A program made the translations under genes and the position numbers. The notes under the pieces are model-generated. The model was given only the letters and a program-made list of their open reading frames with translations. It was not told the DNA's origin and searched no databases. Shown piece after piece: positions 37,867-47,431 of a DNA stretch of 64,000 nt (the first letter of the stretch is position 1; every line of letters starts with the position of its first letter). Source of the stretch: Candidatus Tenderia sp. (GTDB lineage: Bacteria > Pseudomonadota > Gammaproteobacteria > Tenderiales > Tenderiaceae); assembly GCA_031416075.1 (NCBI GenBank), contig JANOSY010000055.1, positions 9,156 to 73,155 on the forward strand. The letters are read 5' to 3'.

Positions 37867-40518
37867 ATGACCAATACAACAGCAACCACCTGTCCCTACT
37901 GCGGCGTTGGCTGCGGTGTGCTTGCCACAGTCACGGATAGCGGTGTTGCCATCAAGGGTGATACAACTCACCCGGCCAACTTTGGCCGTCTCTGCTCCAA
38001 GGGTTCTGCCCTGGGCGAAACCGTGGGGCTGGATGAGCGCCTGCTCTCCCCCATGATCGACGGCGTAGACAGCAGCTGGGACGATGCCCTCAATCGTGTC
38101 GCCGCTGGCTTTAACGCCGTGATCAAAGAGCACGGCCCGGATGCCGTCGCCATGTACGTCTCCGGCCAGCTGCTCACCGAGGACTACTACGTCGCCAACA
38201 AATTGATGAAGGGGTATGTCGGCAGCGCCAACATCGATACCAACTCACGCCTCTGCATGTCATCGTCGGTGGCGGGCCACAAACGCGCCTTTGGTTCCGA
38301 CACCGTACCGTGCAGCTATGAAGACTTGGAGCGCGCCAAACTCATCGTGCTGGTCGGTTCCAACGCTGCCTGGTGCCACCCAGTTTTGTATCAGCGCATC
38401 GTCAAGGCCAAAAAAGAGAATCGCGATCTTCAGGTCATTGTTATCGATCCCCGCAAGACCGCCACCTGCGACATCGCCGATCTGCACCTGCCACTTAAAC
38501 CCGGCAGTGATGCACTGCTCTTTAACGGCCTGCTCACCTACCTGAATCAGGATGGCGAGTTTAACGATCTCTACGTCAACCACTACACCGAAGGGCATCA
38601 AGCGGCCCTGGATATGGCCCAGACAACCGCCCCTACGGTGGAGGCCGTGGCAGAAAAATGTGGCCTGCCCGCTGCCGACGTTGCCGAATTTTATCGTCTT
38701 TTTGCCCGTACAGAACGGGTCATCACCGTCTACTCACAAGGGATCAACCAATCCAGCAGCGGCACCGACAAGGTCAACGCCATCATCAACTGCCATCTGC
38801 TCACGGGCCGTATCGGTCGTGCCGGCATGGGGCCGTTCTCTTTCACCGGCCAACCCAATGCCATGGGTGGACGCGAGGTAGGTGGCATGGCCAACATGCT
38901 CGCTGCCCACATGGAGATCAACAATCCAGACCATCGTCAACTGGTGCAAGGGTTCTGGCAGTCACCCCTCATCGCCGACCATCAGGGTTTAAAAGCGGTG
39001 GATATGTTTAACGCCATCGATGCCGGGCGCATCAAGGCCGTCTGGATCATCGCCACCAACCCGGTAGTCAGCATGCCCGACGCCGACCACGTCCGTAGTG
39101 CGCTACAAAAGTGCGACCTTGTGGTTGTCTCAGACATCATGCGCCACACCGATACCACCGCCCTTGGCCATGTACTGCTGCCGGCACTCGGCTGGGGCGA
39201 AAAAGAGGGCACCGTCACCAACAGCGAACGCCGCATCTCACGCCAACGCCCCTTCCTCGCCGCACCCGGCCAGGCCAAACCTGACTGGTGGGCCATTGCT
39301 GAAGTGGCCCAACGGATGGGGTTCAGCAACGGCTTTGGTTTCACCAGCGCTGCCGACATCTTTCGTGAACACGCCGCCCTCTCCGGCCACCAAAACGGTG
39401 GTAAACGCGACTTTGATATTGGCGAACTGAGCAACATCAACGACGCCCAATATGATCTGCTGGAACCCATTCAATGGCCAGTAAAAGAGGGGCGTGGCAC
39501 TGCCCGCATGTTTACCACCGGCAAGTTTTTCACCCCTTCGGGCAAGGCGCAATTCATCGCCATTGAGCCGCGTCCACCACAGAACGGCACCAGTGAAGAT
39601 TTCCCTTTCACGCTCAATACCGGTCGTGTGCGTGACCACTGGCACACCATGACCCGTACCGGCAAAGCGCCACGCCTGAGTGAACACACCGCCGAACCCT
39701 ATGTAGAGATTCATCCGCTCGACGGCAAGGAGTCAAGGGTAAAAGATGGCGCGCTGGCCAAGGTCTTCAGCCGCTGGGGCGAGGTGATTGTGCGAGTCCG
39801 ATACGACGACGCGCAGCAGCGCGGCAGTGTTTTTATTCCGATGCACTGGAACGATCAGTTCGCCAGTCAGGCGCGAGTTGATACGCTGGTCAATCCCGTG
39901 GTTGATCCGGTATCCGGCCAGCCAGAGTTAAAACAGACACCCGTACGGGTGCAGCCCTACCAAGCCGCCTGGCATGGCTTTTTGTTGTCACGGCGCAAGC
40001 TCGACATCAAAGGGGCCAGTTACTGGGTGCGTGCCACCGGTGATGGCTTTTATCGTTACGAGATTGCCGGGGACCAGGCAACCGAGAACTGGCCCAGCTG
40101 GGCGCGCAGCATGCTCTGCGCCAGCGATAACGACGTCCACTGGGTCGAATACCACGACGCCCGTCGCCACCACTATCGCGGTGTGCGTATGGTCAGCAAT
40201 CGTGTTGAGAGTTGTATCTTCATCGCCCCCAGCCATGAACTACCCTCACGCAGCTGGCTCGCCGGACTCTTTGCCAAAGAGACACTGGCCGATGACGAAC
40301 GCAAAGGCATCCTGCTCGGCAAACCCCCCGTCGGCCAGGCCGATGTCGGCCACATCGTCTGCGCCTGTTTCTCTGTGGGCATCAACACCATCACCGCCGC
40401 CATCAAGGCACAAAACCTCACCAGCGCCGAAGCCATCGGTAAGGCACTCAAGGCCGGCACCAACTGTGGCTCTTGTGTGCCGGAGTTGAAACAGATATTG
40501 GCCGAGCGGGATGAGTAG
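37867..40518 (+). CDS. nasA: Assimilatory nitrate reductase catalytic subunit
   Basis: TTCPYCGVGCG, LCSKG, NSRLCMSS, GQPNAMGGRE, LNTGR..WHTMTRT, C-terminal BFD CAC..CGSC. Confidence 0.96.
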   Translation: MTNTTATTCPYCGVGCGVLATVTDSGVAIKGDTTHPANFGRLCSKGSALGETVGLDERLLSPMIDGVDSSWDDALNRVAAGFNAVIKEHGPDAVAMYVSGQLLTEDYYVANKLMKGYVGSANIDTNSRLCMSSSVAGHKRAFGSDTVPCSYEDLERAKLIVLVGSNAAWCHPVLYQRIVKAKKENRDLQVIVIDPRKTATCDIADLHLPLKPGSDALLFNGLLTYLNQDGEFNDLYVNHYTEGHQAALDMAQTTAPTVEAVAEKCGLPAADVAEFYRLFARTERVITVYSQGINQSSSGTDKVNAIINCHLLTGRIGRAGMGPFSFTGQPNAMGGREVGGMANMLAAHMEINNPDHRQLVQGFWQSPLIADHQGLKAVDMFNAIDAGRIKAVWIIATNPVVSMPDADHVRSALQKCDLVVVSDIMRHTDTTALGHVLLPALGWGEKEGTVTNSERRISRQRPFLAAPGQAKPDWWAIAEVAQRMGFSNGFGFTSAADIFREHAALSGHQNGGKRDFDIGELSNINDAQYDLLEPIQWPVKEGRGTARMFTTGKFFTPSGKAQFIAIEPRPPQNGTSEDFPFTLNTGRVRDHWHTMTRTGKAPRLSEHTAEPYVEIHPLDGKESRVKDGALAKVFSRWGEVIVRVRYDDAQQRGSVFIPMHWNDQFASQARVDTLVNPVVDPVSGQPELKQTPVRVQPYQAAWHGFLLSRRKLDIKGASYWVRATGDGFYRYEIAGDQATENWPSWARSMLCASDNDVHWVEYHDARRHHYRGVRMVSNRVESCIFIAPSHELPSRSWLAGLFAKETLADDERKGILLGKPPVGQADVGHIVCACFSVGINTITAAIKAQNLTSAEAIGKALKAGTNCGSCVPELKQILAERDE

Positions 40519-40621
40519 ATCGGAGTTGAGTAGTTTTACCTCAGGTTTTGTCATACAAACAAAGTCGAATTGGTTCGGGATTTGTATGTTTCAAAGCAGC
40601 CAGGAGCAGCCGTTGGATTTT

Positions 40622-40906
40622 GTAGCCTGGATGGAACGGAGTGGAATCCGGGACGGAGGATAACCCCGGATTACGCTATCGCTGCATCCAGGCTACTCGC
40701 TGCATCCCAAATCGACGTTAGTGAAGACAGAGTGGGGACATGGCTACTTAAGTCTGTCCGCAGCAACGGCAGATAGCCCGGATCGTCCCTCCACCCCGGC
40801 ACCTTTCGGGTGCGAGGTGAATCATACAAGCCTGGATGGAACGGAGTGGAATCCGGGACGGAAGATAACCCCGGATTACGCTATCGCTGCATCCGAGCTA
40901 CTCGCT
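40622..40906. repeat. Two direct copies of a GTAG-type REP doublet
   Basis: AGCCTGGATGGAACGGAGTGGAATCCGGG..CCCGGATTACGCTATCGCTGCATCC..GCTACTCGCT at 40624-40701 and 40829-40906. Confidence 0.9.
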
Positions 40907-41725
40907 CTTCCCATCAAAATCTTTCTGCATACTCTGAATGAATATGACTGGAGAAATACCAAAATCCGGCTCGAGAATCGATCGAAGGTACTGTGATGGC
41001 TCTGGCAGTAATGTCATTAATACCTCATGCGAAATCTGTCTCACAAGAGCTCGCAACAGTCTCAACCCCGAGCCTTTCTTTGAAACTGGGGTAACACGCT
41101 CTGGTGAGATTGGCTCATTCGGATTGGTGACTGCGTCACCTTCAATGATCTGGCATTCATAGGTATAATTTGCGTTCCTCGTTAACTCAAAGTACGCCTT
41201 TTCAATTCCTGGTGAAACGTGCCCTCCCCTATCCTGATTAGCCATCTGCCTAATAAGTCGTCGGCGAGGAAACACATCCCCGGAAGTGGTACGCAGAATC
41301 GAGGCCTCCCACCAAGCGTGAAACGAAGTACAAAGTGGCTCATTAGATGTTAGTGCGAACAGATGAGGCTCCCAGTCGGCAAACAGTAACCCGTCCCGCG
41401 GTATCGTCGTCTGAAATGCCAGACCAGCAACGGGGGCAGTTGATATATTGGGATTCCCTTTGTTCATTGTTTTCGCAGTATCAATGAATTCCATCGACTC
41501 CCAACCTAATTGATGAAGAAGTGATCGACTTGTCGTCTTGGGGTTGTCAAGTAACAAAACCCTTAGGTTTAAAGCAATCTCTGCCGCGAAATATTTTTTG
41601 CCTTGGTCAAAATTACTGCAATGCGACTGGAGCACCTCTAGGTGTTCCATTAGTAATTCCTGCAATTCAGCAGTAGGCCTCTCCACGTGCTGCTGTTTCT
41701 CCTTAGGCAAACGATGTTTACTCAT
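40898..41725 (-). CDS. Hypothetical protein (REP-flanked cargo)
   Basis: 275-aa ORF with lower GC than its neighbours; IALNLRVLL and MANQDRGGHV motifs; TAG stop lies in the REP GTAG. Confidence 0.75.
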   Translation of the reverse strand: MSKHRLPKEKQQHVERPTAELQELLMEHLEVLQSHCSNFDQGKKYFAAEIALNLRVLLLDNPKTTSRSLLHQLGWESMEFIDTAKTMNKGNPNISTAPVAGLAFQTTIPRDGLLFADWEPHLFALTSNEPLCTSFHAWWEASILRTTSGDVFPRRRLIRQMANQDRGGHVSPGIEKAYFELTRNANYTYECQIIEGDAVTNPNEPISPERVTPVSKKGSGLRLLRALVRQISHEVLMTLLPEPSQYLRSILEPDFGISPVIFIQSMQKDFDGKSE

Positions 41726-41762
41726 GGCTTACATGACTCCGGTGACTAACGAGGCTGTTTTT

Positions 41763-41850
41763 TCTCGTTCCCACGCTCCAGCGTGGGAACGCATACGGTG
41801 ATTAATGAATGGTATCAGGTATGGATCCCATGGAGGACAGTGGGAACCAG
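41763..41850. repeat. CTCGTTCCCACGCTC-class REP doublet
   Basis: CGTTCCCACGCT-CC-AGCGTGGGAACG hairpin plus degenerate partner at 41822-41850. Confidence 0.75.
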
Positions 41851-41854
41851 CCAC

Positions 41855-42650
41855 GTAGGGTGGGCACCGCCCACCAACTCAAACATCTTCAACACACTCA
41901 TCCAATATTTCATTACCTGAATCACCACCACACCCCCATTCAATCCCATATATACCTTCGCGCACATATCGATGAAATGTTGAATATGGCCATTCGTTTA
42001 CATTACTCACCAGGCCATGTTTAACCGGGTTGAAATGAATATAATCCATGTGCGCCTGATAATCGGTTTCATCTCTTATTTGATGCTCCCAAAATCGTCG
42101 CTGCCATATTGTGGCTTCACGATGGCGCGTCTTTGAATCGTTCATCCATTCATCGCGTTGAAACAGCTGTTTCGTTTTTTTGGTGAAACCGGCTTTAATC
42201 AGCCCCCATCTTTTCGAATAGTCGTTGTCGCCTGCGGGCAGTCGCCATATGCAGTGAAGATGGTCTGGCAGCAATACCCACGCTTCTATCGTAAAGGGAT
42301 ACTGGCTACGCACCTCTTCAATGGCGCTTCTTAGTGCGATCCGGCTCTCTGGCAAGGTCAATAACGGTCGTCTGCGGTAGGTGACAACCGTGAAGAAGTA
42401 GGCTCCGCCTTCTGCTCGTGTTCTACGATAATTCGACATGACTGTTGGGTTTTTGCGTGGGCGATGCCCACCCTACTTTTTGTTTTAAATCGGAAGCTGT
42501 CTGGAGTCCCACTCTACCTATCAATCCTCACTACAACCAGCGCATCTTAAAAAGAACAGCTTACGCCCATTCGTGTGGTGGGCCAGCAACCATTCATGGT
42601 CTGGCTATTTGTTATAGGGGTTAGGCTGCGGTGGGCGATGCCCACCCTAC
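41855..42650. mobile_element. RAYT locus flanked by its cognate REPs
   Basis: GTAGGGTGGGCACCGCCCACC (41855), with inverted GTGGGCGATGCCCACCCTAC copies at 42456 and 42631, around a Y1 transposase. Confidence 0.85.
41879..42439 (-). CDS. REP-associated tyrosine transposase (RAYT)
   Basis: YFFTVVT, LPDHLH (HUH), WQRRFWEH, YIHFNPVKHG, WPYSTF. Confidence 0.93.
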   Translation of the reverse strand: MSNYRRTRAEGGAYFFTVVTYRRRPLLTLPESRIALRSAIEEVRSQYPFTIEAWVLLPDHLHCIWRLPAGDNDYSKRWGLIKAGFTKKTKQLFQRDEWMNDSKTRHREATIWQRRFWEHQIRDETDYQAHMDYIHFNPVKHGLVSNVNEWPYSTFHRYVREGIYGIEWGCGGDSGNEILDECVEDV

Positions 42651-42720
42651 TTTTTGCTTCGAATCGGAAGTTGTCTGTGACCCTATCTTACCGATCAATC
42701 CTCATTAAAACCATCACACC

Positions 42721-44214
42721 TTAGGAAGAGCAGCTGACACTAATCGACTGCGCCCATTCGGGGGGCAGATCGGCATACCGCTCATGTTCTGGCTGTTCGT
42801 CATAGGGGTGGCGCAACAGTACCAGCAGCCGCTCTAGTTCACTATAGTCAGCCTCATCCTCAGCCTTGCGAATGGCTGTTTCGGCCAGATGGTTACGCAG
42901 AATGTATTTGGGATTGACCTGCCGCATCCGCAGGCTACGCGCGGCGTCATCGCTCTGCTCCTGTGCCAAACGTTGCCCGTAGCGCTCTGCCCATGCATCA
43001 AAGACTTCACGATTGGGGAACATGTCGCGCAGTTTGTTGGATCCTGCTTTGCTCGGCTCAAAATCACACAGACCACGGAAGAAAATGGTGTAGTCGACCT
43101 GCCCTTCCAGCTGCGCCAGCAGTGCTTTCCACAACTCAAGATCGCCCTCGTCTGCCGTGATCAAACCGAGCTTGACGCGGACCATCTGTAACTCTTCCTG
43201 ACGGTAGATATCCCAGTAGCGGTTGAGCTGCGCTTTGGCGATCTCCACCCCGGCCTGCGGCTCGTCTGACAGCAGTGGCAACAGTGCTTGCGCCAGGCAG
43301 CTCATATTAAAGAGTCCTATATAAGGTTGCTGGTCAAAGGCGTAGCGCCCCTGGTGGTCGGAGTGGTTGCAGATAAAACCGGCTTGATAGGTATCCAGAA
43401 AACCAAACGGGCCGTAGTCGAGTGTTAGCCCAAGGATCGACATGTTGTCGCTGTTCATCACGCCATGGGCAAAACCGACCCGCTGCCACTGGGCGATGAG
43501 CCGTGCGGTACGCGCCATCACCTCCTCCAGCAAGCCCAGGTAGCGGTCCGTGCGTTCGCTGATGTCAGGGAAAAATTCGTCTATCACATAATCCGCCAGC
43601 TGCTTGAGGTGGTCATGCTGGCCGGTGTAGTAAAAATATTCAAAACTGCCAAAACGGACATGGCTCTGCGCCATGCGTACCACCATCGCCCCTGGCTCGG
43701 GCTGTTCGCGATAGACCGCTTCGTTGCTGCCGATGAGGCACAAGGCACGCGTGGTGGGAATCCCCAGGCTGTGCATCGCCTCACTACAGAGATATTCACG
43801 GATGCTGGAGCGCAGCACGGCCCGGCCATCGGCATTGCGTGAGTAGCGGGTCGGGCCGCTGCCCTTCACCTGTAGATCCCACAGCTCGCCTTGTGAGTTA
43901 CGCACTTGTCCCAACAGGATTGCCCGGCCATCCCCCAGACGCGGCACATTGACGCCAAACTGGTGGCCGGAGTAACACATGGCCAGTGGCTCTGCCCCTG
44001 CCAGCGGGGTGGCACCATTAAAGTGGTCGATGAAGTCGGGGCGCTGAGCCTGTTGTGGGTCCAGGTCGATCAGTTCAGCGGCAGCGGCATTAAAATTGAT
44101 GAGATGGCTGCCGTGCAGTGGCTGAGGAGACACCGAGTGGTAGAACTCTGGCGGCAGTTGCCGGTAGCCGTTATCAAATTGCAGCTGTTCAAGGGTGAGT
44201 AGTGAGCGCTTCAT
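42721..44214 (-). CDS. selO: SelO/YdiU protein adenylyltransferase
   Basis: YSGHQFG..LGDGRA, KGSGPTRYSR..DGRAVLRSSIRE, HGVMNSDN, NPKYILRN, C-terminal VSCSS. Confidence 0.95.
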   Translation of the reverse strand: MKRSLLTLEQLQFDNGYRQLPPEFYHSVSPQPLHGSHLINFNAAAAELIDLDPQQAQRPDFIDHFNGATPLAGAEPLAMCYSGHQFGVNVPRLGDGRAILLGQVRNSQGELWDLQVKGSGPTRYSRNADGRAVLRSSIREYLCSEAMHSLGIPTTRALCLIGSNEAVYREQPEPGAMVVRMAQSHVRFGSFEYFYYTGQHDHLKQLADYVIDEFFPDISERTDRYLGLLEEVMARTARLIAQWQRVGFAHGVMNSDNMSILGLTLDYGPFGFLDTYQAGFICNHSDHQGRYAFDQQPYIGLFNMSCLAQALLPLLSDEPQAGVEIAKAQLNRYWDIYRQEELQMVRVKLGLITADEGDLELWKALLAQLEGQVDYTIFFRGLCDFEPSKAGSNKLRDMFPNREVFDAWAERYGQRLAQEQSDDAARSLRMRQVNPKYILRNHLAETAIRKAEDEADYSELERLLVLLRHPYDEQPEHERYADLPPEWAQSISVSCSS

Positions 44215-44340
44215 GCAAATACCAGATTAATTTAGTCAGGATATTAAAACGCCAATAGACGGGGGAAAGCAACTACCCTCTCCGGGATAACCGCTTGATT
44301 TGACGAAACGCTAGGTAAAAACCCTGAAAATCAGCCAATA

Positions 44341-44572
44341 AAGTTGCGTGTCAATACTTGACACGCAACTTTATACACAGCAAAAACTTTTTTTCCACAA
44401 GGGTGACAATAAATATTCATCAATCGGGCAAAAAAATCTAACTCATTGATTTTCTTACAACAGGAACAACTGACCAAGATTACACCATTGTATAAACAGT
44501 GCTGTAACAACAAGGATTTAGCGTCACTCCCCCCAATTCGTCCACATAGTTATCTACAGCTTTTGTGGGTAA
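44341..44572. promoter_or_regulatory. DnaA-box cluster with IHF site and 14-bp palindrome (DARS/datA-like)
   Basis: TTATACACA 44371, TTTTCCACA 44391, TCGTCCACA 44538, TTATCTACA 44550, TGTGGGTAA 44564; IHF AATCAATGAGTTA on the minus strand at 44440-44452. Confidence 0.6.
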
Positions 44573-44579
44573 CCCAAAT

Positions 44580-45383
44580 TTACAGTCTTGGCATTTTACA
44601 GGATGGCCGTTTGACGGTTCTTTGATAGAGCGCCAGGGCTGGCGGCATGGCATTACTGAGTCTGTCTATCCGGGTATCGTGGGCTGGGTGGGTCGACATA
44701 AACTCCGGTGGCTGCTGGCCACTGTTCTTGCCCATGTTCTGCCACAGCTTGATGCTTTCACGCGGATCAAAACCCGCCTGGGCCATCAACTCCAGTCCAA
44801 TCTGGTCGGACTCACTCTCTTGCAGACGACTAAACGGGAGCAGCACCCCAACCTGGGTCCCCAGCCCAAGGGCCGACATCACTGTTTGACGATTGGCGTT
44901 GTTGCTCGCCGCCATCCAGCCATCCAGCAGAGTCAATCCTTGGCTAACGGCAAAGTTTTGCGATACCCGTTCATTACCGTGGCGTGCCAGCACATGGCCA
45001 ACTTCATGGCCCAGCACCGCCGCCAGCTGATCTGGCGTTTCAGCCACACTCAATAACCCTTTGTAGACACCGATCTTGCCGCCAGGCAGGGCAAAGGCAT
45101 TCACGGCGGGGGCATCAAAGACCACCACCTCCCAGTCGTTGCTGTTTTTTTGCACTGCTGGCAGGCGGGTAAGTGCGCTGGCGACACACTGTACGTAGCT
45201 GTTGATGGCGGCATCTTTCACCGGCGGTGTCTGATCACGCATCTGGCTGAATGACTGCACCCCCATTACCACCATCTGCCCTTCTGGCATAAAAACAAAC
45301 TGTTTGCGCCCGGTGGGCGAGACTGCACAGGCGGTCAGCACAACAAACAGGGTTGCCAGGGTCAGTTTTTTATACATAATCAT
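44580..45383 (-). CDS. M48-family zinc metallopeptidase lipoprotein
   Basis: Lipobox LTAC, NAFALPGG, HEVGH, FSRLQESESD, STHP. Confidence 0.93.
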   Translation of the reverse strand: MIMYKKLTLATLFVVLTACAVSPTGRKQFVFMPEGQMVVMGVQSFSQMRDQTPPVKDAAINSYVQCVASALTRLPAVQKNSNDWEVVVFDAPAVNAFALPGGKIGVYKGLLSVAETPDQLAAVLGHEVGHVLARHGNERVSQNFAVSQGLTLLDGWMAASNNANRQTVMSALGLGTQVGVLLPFSRLQESESDQIGLELMAQAGFDPRESIKLWQNMGKNSGQQPPEFMSTHPAHDTRIDRLSNAMPPALALYQRTVKRPSCKMPRL

Positions 45384-45843
45384 TCATCCTCGGGGCTATT
45401 TAGTTGCCGTTAACTATACCTTCACACCAGCACTTATGCATCCATTGCTGAACATCGCGGTGGGGCAGCAACGCTGCCAAAATACAAACAGACCCACCAT
45501 GTTCTGAAAACAGAAAGTAACAAAGGCAGATCCATCGGCCTTTGTGACTGTTTTTAAAACCAACTACTATTCAAAGTTTTTTAGACATTGCGCTCAAGAC
45601 CCTTGGCAACAGCCTTCAAGATTTTGGTTAAATCGCCACGGCTATACTTGGCCGTGTAAACATAGATACGTGACTTGCTGCCCAACAAACAATCAAAACC
45701 CGGACCAGTCAGTTTGCCACCACAGACCCTCTCGTGGTCACCCTTATTCCAGATAGTTTGATGATCAAAGCCGCGCGCCTTTCTTAGCGCTTTGCTGGTG
45801 CGGTTTAGGGAGTATGGTATTGAGAATTTGTTACACAACTATT

Positions 45844-46269
45844 TTACAAAAGTGCCTGGTGTGAAACAGGCAGGGAAACAGCACTAAAAGAGAGTTTATC
45901 TTCTATGATTCCATTTTGGTTTGTCGTTATCAGCGGCCTTATCGATTTTTTAACGATATCACCGCTTTTCCCCCACTGATCCAGTGCCTGCCTATCACCA
46001 CAACTGGCGCAGGTGAAACACATATAACCTGTAAGGTAGGACTTACCACCACACTTAATACATTTAGCAGCTAAACGCGGCGCAACATAGCTACGAAAGA
46101 GTATTGGTGACAGAAGAAAAGAGCCAAAAAACAGAAAGCCGAAAACAGATGCCGACATGTCCATAACGCCACGAAAATATATCTCTACTCCAAGGACTGT
46201 TCCGGCAGACAGAAGCCCGACAAATATCGTAATAATCTGGATGAAATACAGGTGTATTCGTGGCTTCAT
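45844..46269 (-). CDS. Hypothetical membrane protein with zinc ribbon
   Basis: Two hydrophobic helices then CIKCG..CASCG; GAGG RBS; lower GC. Confidence 0.55.
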   Translation of the reverse strand: MKPRIHLYFIQIITIFVGLLSAGTVLGVEIYFRGVMDMSASVFGFLFFGSFLLSPILFRSYVAPRLAAKCIKCGGKSYLTGYMCFTCASCGDRQALDQWGKSGDIVKKSIRPLITTNQNGIIEDKLSFSAVSLPVSHQALL

Positions 46270-46351
46270 AAATTTACACCTCTGCTGAAATCACGGAGGG
46301 GAAACAAAACAGCTTCAACAGTACAGACAGTCGCCGCACCCTTATCCCCGT

Positions 46352-47431
46352 TTAATTAATCACCTCAACCGCTACCCGTCCGGCCACAGCACAGAGCAAT
46401 TCATAAGGAATAGTGCCCGCGCATTCAGCGACCTCCTCCACCGGCAACCCTTTGCCCCAAAGGGTAACATCGTCACCAATATTCACCCCGGCGACACCAC
46501 GCAGATCGATGCAGAGTGTATCCATAGAGACCCGCCCCACCAGCGACAGGCGCCGACCATGAATCAGTACCGGCGTGCCTGGCACGGCGTGACGTGGATA
46601 ACCGTCTCCATAACCACAGGCCACCACACCAACGGCCATATCCTCGGGGCAGCACCAGCTGGCACCATAGCCGATAGGATCGCCACGTTTAAAGTGGTTA
46701 ACAGCAATCAGGTGAGAACTAAAGGTCATCACCGGTTGCAACCCTTCATCCTCGCCACGCCCATTGATAAATGGCGAAGCGCCGTAGAGCATCAGACCAG
46801 GACGCACCCAATCGCCATGACTCTGCTGCCATCCCAGAATACCTGCCGAGTTGGCAATGCTGACCTCTGCTGCCATCCCCTGAGTGGTATCAGCAAACAG
46901 CGTCAGCTGTTGCTGCGTCTGTTCGCTCCGGGGATCATCGGCAGAGGCCAGATGGGTCATCACCCGCAACGACCTCACCGAACGGCACGCCGTCAGGCGT
47001 TGCCACAACTCAGCCACACACTGCGGTGGCACACCGAGGCGATGCATGCCACTATCGATCTTAAACCAGACGCTGACAGGCTCCCCCTGATGCTGCTCCA
47101 GTATCGCCACATGGTTGGCATGGTGAACAACCACCTGCACATCATGACGCGCCAGCTCATGCAGCTCTGTGCTGTTTAAAAAACCTTCCAGGCAGATAAT
47201 TGGTTGTTGAATGCCTGCCTCACGCAGCTGTAACGCCTCATTTAACCGCGCCACCGCAAAGGCATCACTGCCCGCCTGCTGCAATACTTTGGCAACACGG
47301 GTCAGCCCATGGCCGTAGGCGTTAGCCTTGATGACCGCAATCACCTTGGTACCGGGGGCCGATTCACGTACCCGCGCTAAATTATGTCGCAGTGCCGAGC
47401 AGTCAATCTCAACAGTGGCAACAGAGGTCAT
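46352..47431 (-). CDS. alr: Alanine racemase
   Basis: AVIKANAYGHG PLP lysine, DSGMHRLG, GYGDGYPR. Confidence 0.97.
   Translation of the reverse strand: MTSVATVEIDCSALRHNLARVRESAPGTKVIAVIKANAYGHGLTRVAKVLQQAGSDAFAVARLNEALQLREAGIQQPIICLEGFLNSTELHELARHDVQVVVHHANHVAILEQHQGEPVSVWFKIDSGMHRLGVPPQCVAELWQRLTACRSVRSLRVMTHLASADDPRSEQTQQQLTLFADTTQGMAAEVSIANSAGILGWQQSHGDWVRPGLMLYGASPFINGRGEDEGLQPVMTFSSHLIAVNHFKRGDPIGYGASWCCPEDMAVGVVACGYGDGYPRHAVPGTPVLIHGRRLSLVGRVSMDTLCIDLRGVAGVNIGDDVTLWGKGLPVEEVAECAGTIPYELLCAVAGRVAVEVIN

Noticed and set aside
40622-40906. Repeated ~75-bp units as a possible CRISPR array
   Set aside because: Only two copies, REP-doublet structure with GTAG ends, no regular spacers and no cas genes.
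42721-42740. Selenocysteine in SelO
   Set aside because: C-terminus encodes Cys (VSCSS) and ends in TAA; no in-frame TGA.
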